DNA of 64,000 nt from Escherichia coli. GTDB taxonomy: Bacteria > Pseudomonadota > Gammaproteobacteria > Enterobacterales > Enterobacteriaceae. Below, piece after piece: positions 58,107-64,000 of this stretch. The notes below the pieces were generated by a model. The model saw only the letters and a program-made list of their open reading frames with translations, made no database searches and was not told the DNA's origin. A program made the position numbers and the translations under genes. The stretch is from assembly GCA_025336685.1 (NCBI GenBank), contig GCA_025336685.1_4717.1. One strand, written 5' to 3'. Each line of letters opens with the position of its first letter. Within the stretch, counting starts at the first letter, position 1.

Positions 58107-60626
58107 TTAAATAATCGTGACATGTTCGTTATACGTTTCAGGGAGAATGATGTTCGTTTTGTCGAGAACCATACACTCGGCTTTACGGAATGATGCGTGA
58201 TTGATAACATAGTGGCTGATGAACCACACTTGGCTTACACGGTGACCATCGACCAAACGACGAACAAAATCCATGGCATTAGATTGGTGCTGCGGATCAA
58301 ATGTTGATGCGAATTCATCCAGCATCAAGGGATAATCCGTAAACCCTTTGTAATGCATCATCGCGATGATAAACGCGATATTGATAATTTCCTTTTGCCC
58401 CTTACTCCCATAAACAATATCTTTTCGCGGTGTCGGATACTTCTCGGTTAGCAGCGGGAAACGATAATTCAATCCTTGCGCATCGATAGCACAAGGGAGT
58501 ATCTGAAGTTGGTATTCCCAAATACTCGCAATGATACCGTTCATGTATTCGACGAACGCGTTGATTGGACCAGCAATTGTTTCAGCAATCAGGCCGTTAG
58601 ATGGACTTAACTCATCCAGAACAAGTTGTGTGTAACTGAGTTGTTCTTCCACCTCTTTTTGCGTTGTTTCCAGCTGAGCCAAAAGCTGTTGGTCGGTTTT
58701 AGCTTCCTGTAACTGCTGTTCGACATGACTTATTCGTCGAACCGTATCAGACATCGCAGCGCGTAATGATTTCGTGTAGAGGTGTTGCAGATACTCCAAC
58801 CACAGTTGTGTTAACGCTTTATCGCTACTATCAGAACGCACCTGGTCTTCCATAATCGCCGTAATGGTTTCCAATCTACCTTCCGTTGCTGTGATGGCTT
58901 GGGTCAATCGTTCAACGGTCGTTAGCAACTCCGTCCTGTTCTTATAAAGCAGTTCTCGGCGTTGCTGTAATGGTTCAACATCAACAGCTTGTACACGTTC
59001 GAGCATGCCTTGAAGATGCTTCCGTTCTTGTTCGGCTTGGGTGTAACGCGCAAGCTTCTCAAATGCGAGCAGCCAATCATTAATGATTCCAATACTGCGA
59101 AACCCTAATCCGTTTTTACGTCCTTCTTCCAGCAGATTGTCCCACATGGGTTTAATGGCGTAATAATCTTTCGTCCAACGTGTTAACTGACGATGCTGCT
59201 CCATCCAAAGCGTATAACGCTGAACCTTCTCACTCAGCTCAGCTAACGATTTCTCTTGTTCTTCAACCCAAGCACGGCCCTTCTGAATACGTTGTTCGAT
59301 GCTTGCTTTGCTGGTCTTTTCTGTCTCACCAACATGAAAGCGATAATTGCATTTTGGGCAGCTGGTCTGGGGTTGATGGTTAAGGTGGTCAAGATGCGCT
59401 TCCAAGTCAGCTAACGCATGTTTCGCGTTACGCAAACGCATTCGTGCCGCCTCTTCCTCCTTGATGTAAGCTTCAGCATCGTAAACATGATAGGTGTTGT
59501 CGGTATCAATCCATTCTTGCAATAGTTCCGTTAACGGAGCCTGAACTTGCGTGAGCTGTTGTAAACAAACCGCGGCGTCCAGATTCATCGTTAAAAGCTC
59601 ACCTGGATGATCATGCTGGAGTTGTTCGTCCAAACGGGCAAGGCGGGCTTTAATCTGATCGATATCGCCTTCTCCAGACTGTTTCAACTGGTCAAGGATA
59701 TTATCGATACCCAACAGCTCGTCAACCTGACTTTCGAGTTTCGCATTCGCATTCGCGAGTTGCTCTCTTAGTTCAGCCAGATTCCGCTGTTCTTGTTGCG
59801 ATGTTCCTCCTTGGTAACGAACAACTGCACGAAGAAGCTCGCGATTAAAATGATGGGCACGTTGTGTGGATTCCAGAAGCTGTCGTTGATCGACATCGCT
59901 ATCGAATAACGGCAATCCCATCATCGCTTCGAGCGCTGAGCGTTGCTGCTTTAACTCTGCTTCCAATCCCTGGTGGTCGGTTCCAGTGTATTTCGCTTCA
60001 ATTCGCTGTGACGTTTCAACCAACTTATTCAATGTATGCTCATTCACCGCTTTCAGTGAACGTACTTGTTGCTTAACCACCTGAAACAACTCAAGCGCAT
60101 AATCGACGTTAACCGGACATATCTGTGTTAATCGTTCGCGTCGTTTCATCGGTCCCATTTCGGTGAACTGGTAAGCTGTTTCGTAACCTAACAACAAACG
60201 AATGGTGTCGTCATTAAGTTCGAAATGTTCTTCGATCAGTTTCCACTGGGCTGGTTGTGTACCACCACCGTTCAGGTTCTCGCTGTCGTTAACGTAGAAC
60301 TCGTGCTTAAACCCTTTTTCTAAACGACTGATAAGACGGTATTGCTTATTACGGTGTTCGCAGCGGTACTCGTAATACCCATCTTTATCAAAATCGGCGC
60401 GCTCGGGAACGGTTGGATACAGCAAAGGCAGTAGACTACTCTTACCCGAACCGTTACTACCTAAAATGAGTTGTACGGGATTATCTGGCCGGATGACCAG
60501 CTCCCGAATCATCCCGGTATCAAAACGATTGAATCCACGTAAGTGGAGATAGGTGCATCGCATGCTATGATAATCCTTCTTCGATACCTTCTGAACCCGT
60601 GGTTCAGAATGCGAAGCTGAAGCCAT
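58107..60626 (-). CDS. SbcC/Rad50-like SMC-family ATPase
   Basis: 839 aa; N-terminal Walker A LILGSNGSGKSS; long Gln/Glu/Leu-rich coiled-coil; central CPKC zinc-hook-like motif; C-terminal Walker B PLMLDEF and following ISHY. Confidence 0.7.
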   Translation of the reverse strand: MASASHSEPRVQKVSKKDYHSMRCTYLHLRGFNRFDTGMIRELVIRPDNPVQLILGSNGSGKSSLLPLLYPTVPERADFDKDGYYEYRCEHRNKQYRLISRLEKGFKHEFYVNDSENLNGGGTQPAQWKLIEEHFELNDDTIRLLLGYETAYQFTEMGPMKRRERLTQICPVNVDYALELFQVVKQQVRSLKAVNEHTLNKLVETSQRIEAKYTGTDHQGLEAELKQQRSALEAMMGLPLFDSDVDQRQLLESTQRAHHFNRELLRAVVRYQGGTSQQEQRNLAELREQLANANAKLESQVDELLGIDNILDQLKQSGEGDIDQIKARLARLDEQLQHDHPGELLTMNLDAAVCLQQLTQVQAPLTELLQEWIDTDNTYHVYDAEAYIKEEEAARMRLRNAKHALADLEAHLDHLNHQPQTSCPKCNYRFHVGETEKTSKASIEQRIQKGRAWVEEQEKSLAELSEKVQRYTLWMEQHRQLTRWTKDYYAIKPMWDNLLEEGRKNGLGFRSIGIINDWLLAFEKLARYTQAEQERKHLQGMLERVQAVDVEPLQQRRELLYKNRTELLTTVERLTQAITATEGRLETITAIMEDQVRSDSSDKALTQLWLEYLQHLYTKSLRAAMSDTVRRISHVEQQLQEAKTDQQLLAQLETTQKEVEEQLSYTQLVLDELSPSNGLIAETIAGPINAFVEYMNGIIASIWEYQLQILPCAIDAQGLNYRFPLLTEKYPTPRKDIVYGSKGQKEIINIAFIIAMMHYKGFTDYPLMLDEFASTFDPQHQSNAMDFVRRLVDGHRVSQVWFISHYVINHASFRKAECMVLDKTNIILPETYNEHVTII

Positions 60627-60677
60627 ACTTCAGCGTTATTTTCTATATCGTTATTTAAATCAGTAGGAGATTACAGC

Positions 60678-61766
60678 ATGAGCGATCTGGCAACAGACAA
60701 TCGCACAAAAGGGAGTCAGTTAGCTCCAGACAGCAACGTAAGCGTTTTCCGTATCTTTGCCTTGGGTACCGTTGCTGCCGACTTTTCCAATAAAAGTCTG
60801 GAGGAAGATCCTAACCAGGCGCTGGAGGTCTTTCTTGACGAGATGATGTCAGGTGCTGACGGGAAAGTTGAAGCGGCGGGAAGCGTGAAAGAAGTTAGTG
60901 CAACAGACGCTCAAGGGAACAGCTATACGGCAAAAGCGGCAACAACAACCAGCGTGCAGTGTTACTGGTTACCCTTTGGTAGTAATCGGATGACAGCGCC
61001 TAACTTGAGGAAAGGTCAGCGTGTGGTGGTCTGGCGTACTGCCGATGAAGAACAACTCTATTGGCAGCCCAAAGGAGGGGATAGTGAGCTGATGACCATG
61101 GAATCGGTTATCCTCACCGTCAGTGCACGTCCTAGCGCTAAGAAGGACCGTAAATCGATTTCAACGGAAGACTGCTATTACCTAATGGTTGATACCTTTC
61201 TTAAGAAAGCGGTTATCGGTACAAGCGCACAGCTTGGTGAAGTTACCCAAGTCTACATGGAACTTAATCTGGACGAGGGTTACTTACAGGTTGCGGACAG
61301 CGTCCATCAAAACCTACTATTGCTCCATTTTGTCGAGCATATGCTGCGATACCAAAACCAGGACGACAGCATTATCGACGTAACAAAAAAGAACATCACA
61401 TTCCAATGCGAGGATACGCTCAAAGCAATCGCTAAGAACGATATCCGAATGAAAGCAAAAAATATTTATACGGAATGTGAGAACTTTGAACGTACCAGCA
61501 AAACAGAAAGCGTTACGAGTCAGAATGTTTCTTTGAAATGCGATCGCTACACCGCGCAAGTATCAGGACAAACCATATTCAAATGTCCGAATACGGTATT
61601 CACCGGAGCCGTGAGTTTCACTGGTGAAGACGGAAACACGATGACATTGAACGGTAACTTCATACACGTCGCGGGATCTTGGCGTTCACCAAGCGGAACA
61701 AACGTATACACTCACGACCACGGTGGCGTTAAATCCGGTAGTAGTAGAACCGACCCGTTTCAATAA
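60678..61766 (+). CDS. hypothetical protein (362 aa)
   Basis: Lone plus-strand ORF followed by a strong bidirectional terminator. Confidence 0.5.
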   Translation: MSDLATDNRTKGSQLAPDSNVSVFRIFALGTVAADFSNKSLEEDPNQALEVFLDEMMSGADGKVEAAGSVKEVSATDAQGNSYTAKAATTTSVQCYWLPFGSNRMTAPNLRKGQRVVVWRTADEEQLYWQPKGGDSELMTMESVILTVSARPSAKKDRKSISTEDCYYLMVDTFLKKAVIGTSAQLGEVTQVYMELNLDEGYLQVADSVHQNLLLLHFVEHMLRYQNQDDSIIDVTKKNITFQCEDTLKAIAKNDIRMKAKNIYTECENFERTSKTESVTSQNVSLKCDRYTAQVSGQTIFKCPNTVFTGAVSFTGEDGNTMTLNGNFIHVAGSWRSPSGTNVYTHDHGGVKSGSSRTDPFQ

Positions 61767-61789
61767 AACAAAAAAGAAATACAACATAG

Positions 61790-61841
61790 CCTCCTTCCCC
61801 GGCCTTGGTGGCTAGGGAAGGAGGATTATAGTTTATTTATT
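61790..61841. terminator. bidirectional intrinsic terminator (CCTCCTTCCC / GGGAAGGAGG, loop CGGCCTTGGTGGCTA, then ATTATAGTTTATTTATT)
   Basis: Read directly; near-duplicate of the 14041..14090 element, including the loop and T-rich tail. Confidence 0.75.
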
Positions 61842-62277
61842 AACGCACTGCGTTCTGGATGATTTCTTTTCCGATCTTAACCAAAGCAGGTATCTGCACA
61901 GCGGTTGCGCCTCGATGACGAAACGCGGTCGTTAACGCGGTATCGATACTCACAGCACGTCCGTGGAGACGATCGAAGTAGACTTGCGTGATTGCAGCGG
62001 CGTAATCCTTTCGCTGTTTCTTGGTTTGGTTTAACAGCGCCGCACTATGACTAACGATGAAGTAAGCGATTAAGAAGAACGCCGCCGACCGCGAACCGGG
62101 TAGAAAACCTTGTCGCTTAGGAAGCATCTCACAATCGCGAACAGTATTATCATTCGCGAGCTCATCCATGTCAACACAGCATAATTTTGCATAGGTGTGG
62201 AGATAGTGGGTAAAAGCTGAATTTAACATGTTTCTTTCCTCGATTACAATGAGTTCAATGTATAGCTTAAACGTCAC
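61840..62277 (-). CDS. hypothetical protein (145 aa)
   Basis: ORF track. Confidence 0.45.
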   Translation of the reverse strand: MTFKLYIELIVIEERNMLNSAFTHYLHTYAKLCCVDMDELANDNTVRDCEMLPKRQGFLPGSRSAAFFLIAYFIVSHSAALLNQTKKQRKDYAAAITQVYFDRLHGRAVSIDTALTTAFRHRGATAVQIPALVKIGKEIIQNAVR

Positions 62278-62335
62278 AGAACGACGTGTAGCGGTTTGTT
62301 TTAATTTCTAAGGGGTTTCCTTATCTAAGATTGAA

Positions 62336-62698
62336 TTAAAGCGTTCTGAAGAGTTCTGTAGCGTTCTCGTCACGTAGACAGGCTTCGTTCAACAATTCAG
62401 CTAACAGCTTCGACCGAACTTCAACAAATGTCCTGAGGCGATGCTCCCATTCTAAACGGATGGTGTAAGTATTATCCAGGTTTTTGTAATCAACGACAGA
62501 TACCGAGCAGCGGGGTTCACGTTTGTTCACAGCACCCCAAACATCTTGAATGATCGCCTTACCTTTCTCAGTACATGTAAACGTTATAACGTAATGATTG
62601 TTCGATGCTTCAACACGAACATCAATAAATTCGTTTTGTAATGTCGAGACCTTGGTTAGACGCTCAATCGCGAGCGATAACCCAACACGTTGTTGCAT
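62336..62698 (-). CDS. small hypothetical protein, paralog family member 1 (120 aa)
   Basis: Shares motif VITFTCTEKGKAIIQDVW with the two upstream ORFs. Confidence 0.5.
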   Translation of the reverse strand: MQQRVGLSLAIERLTKVSTLQNEFIDVRVEASNNHYVITFTCTEKGKAIIQDVWGAVNKREPRCSVSVVDYKNLDNTYTIRLEWEHRLRTFVEVRSKLLAELLNEACLRDENATELFRTL

Positions 62699-62699
62699 A

Positions 62700-63125
62700 T
62701 CAAATCCCCTCTTTCAGAATCTCATTAAGGCTGTCAGTAATCCAGTCGAACTTCGTCTTAATCATGGCTGGGTTCAATCCGTATACTTCCCACACAAGCT
62801 GCGGTTTATGTGTTCCATCGTCCAAACAAAGCACATCGATTGAGAGCATCATACCGCCCGTCAATTTCATGTTCTCACAACTACGAAGATATGCGGATTC
62901 TAGCATTACTTTCCCTAACGCGGTGCAAGCAAACGTTAACCGGGAAGAATACAGGTACGATGAAGTTTTACAGTAGGTTGCTGATATCGGTTGAATATGT
63001 TTGCGGAGTTTGGCGTCTTCACGTAAGAGCAGTAACGTGCGATGTAAACGCGTATGCTCGGTAACCGATGGGCTATATTCACCGATACGCTCTTCGGCGA
63101 CTGATTCAGGCCATTTAATTTCCAT
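62700..63125 (-). CDS. small hypothetical protein, paralog family member 2 (141 aa)
   Basis: Motif RLTFACTALGKVMLESAYLRS; 1-nt gap to neighbours. Confidence 0.5.
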   Translation of the reverse strand: MEIKWPESVAEERIGEYSPSVTEHTRLHRTLLLLREDAKLRKHIQPISATYCKTSSYLYSSRLTFACTALGKVMLESAYLRSCENMKLTGGMMLSIDVLCLDDGTHKPQLVWEVYGLNPAMIKTKFDWITDSLNEILKEGI

Positions 63126-63126
63126 G

Positions 63127-63543
63127 TTATCTTCCTCGATTTTCTAGTTGAGACACAATACCATCAGCAACGTAATGCAACTGGACATTAAAATCCAACG
63201 ACGATACTGCGGAAATTGACCAGCAGGCATTTGAAGCCCAATACAACCCACCTACACCCAAAGAGACTTCCCACGTTAACTTCGTTATGACGTCTCTAGC
63301 TCGCTGTTCACTATATCGAAACGCGTTTTCCAACAATGTTTTTCCCGTTTGTGAACATAAAAAGCAAAGTTTCACATCTGTGCCGGTCTTTTCAAAATCA
63401 AACAATCGAAAATGGTCAACCAAAGAGGGGGTGGAGGCTAGGCATTGCAATGCGTCTTCCAATGCAAGATGGTCTAGCGTTTCTAAGTTTTTGCATGGCT
63501 GCTTTGGTGCGAGTGCGATTGATTTGTGGAATACAACATTCAT
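63127..63543 (-). CDS. small hypothetical protein, paralog family member 3 (138 aa)
   Basis: Motif KLCFLCSQTGKTLLENAFRYS. Confidence 0.5.
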   Translation of the reverse strand: MNVVFHKSIALAPKQPCKNLETLDHLALEDALQCLASTPSLVDHFRLFDFEKTGTDVKLCFLCSQTGKTLLENAFRYSEQRARDVITKLTWEVSLGVGGLYWASNACWSISAVSSLDFNVQLHYVADGIVSQLENRGR

Positions 63544-63567
63544 GATTAGTTCCTCGTAGTGTTAAGT

Positions 63568-63585
63568 GGGGACAGATGTGTCCCC
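63568..63585 (-). promoter_or_regulatory. intercistronic hairpin GGGGACA-GATG-TGTCCCC
   Basis: Perfect 7-bp inverted repeat between minus genes 63592..63978 and 63127..63543, just 5' of the downstream SD. Confidence 0.35.
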
Positions 63586-63591
63586 GGATAG

Positions 63592-63978
63592 TTAGATTAC
63601 ATCCCAAGCCGTGTTAGGTATGGGTTGATTACGATCGATGTAATACATCACGCTTTCTTTAAGCTTGGTTAACGCGTCAGCAACGATGTTCTCCACGGTT
63701 ATCACCTTTTCCATGTTGCCCATTGTATCCTGCCATGTAAACCAATCATTGATGTTATCGATGTATAGGGACTCATCGTCATCCGTCATGACCTGTATAT
63801 TTTCACGGCGATCGCGGGTTGTATACAACGGTGTTTGTACATTCGTTCTAACACGCGTCCAAAGCTTCTCTAGAAAGTTCGACGGTTGATTATTCGTAGC
63901 GATAATAAGCTCACTACGTACTGAATGTTCTCCTCGCTTTTCAATAGCAAATAAACCATCGTAAGTGATGTTCATCAA
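63592..63978 (-). CDS. hypothetical protein (128 aa)
   Basis: ORF track; TTG at 63978 or ATG at 63975 as start. Confidence 0.45.
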   Translation of the reverse strand: MMNITYDGLFAIEKRGEHSVRSELIIATNNQPSNFLEKLWTRVRTNVQTPLYTTRDRRENIQVMTDDDESLYIDNINDWFTWQDTMGNMEKVITVENIVADALTKLKESVMYYIDRNQPIPNTAWDVI

Positions 63979-64000
63979 TTTACGGAGGTCATCGTTGCTG

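Noticed and set aside
1-64000. CRISPR arrays, integrase or transposase genes, rRNA.
   Set aside because: No regularly spaced direct repeats, no recombinase or transposase catalytic motifs and no rRNA-like conserved segments were seen.

Overview
This 64 kb window reads as a densely packed fragment of a large tailed phage genome, most consistent with a phiKZ-like jumbo phage of a Gram-negative host. The evidence is the combination of a large terminase subunit, a ~690 aa tail sheath plus ~300 aa tube pair, a multisubunit-RNAP beta' fragment carrying the catalytic DFDGD motif, beta-like fragments, and a giant glycine-rich virion protein with a GH19-type lysozyme domain. Other calls by motif are an HNH homing endonuclease, an RNase H domain protein, thymidylate kinase, a RuvC-like resolvase, an SbcC/Rad50-like ATPase, a RecA-fold ATPase, and DUF488- and DUF2493-like proteins. 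Most remaining ORFs are hypothetical proteins. I found no rRNA, no convincing tRNA, no CRISPR array and no integrase or transposase. Non-coding signal is dominated by GC-rich CCTCC/GGAGG hairpins between genes (several are clear intrinsic terminators, two pairs are near-duplicates) and by a recurring CTATATTAC motif upstream of minus-strand genes. The most interesting observation is that the RNAP beta-like gene is interrupted by the HNH endonuclease gene plus about 300 nt of structured non-coding sequence. All calls come from reading the sequence and remembered family motifs; no database search or computation was run, and starts are approximate where the ORF track begins at an alternative start codon.
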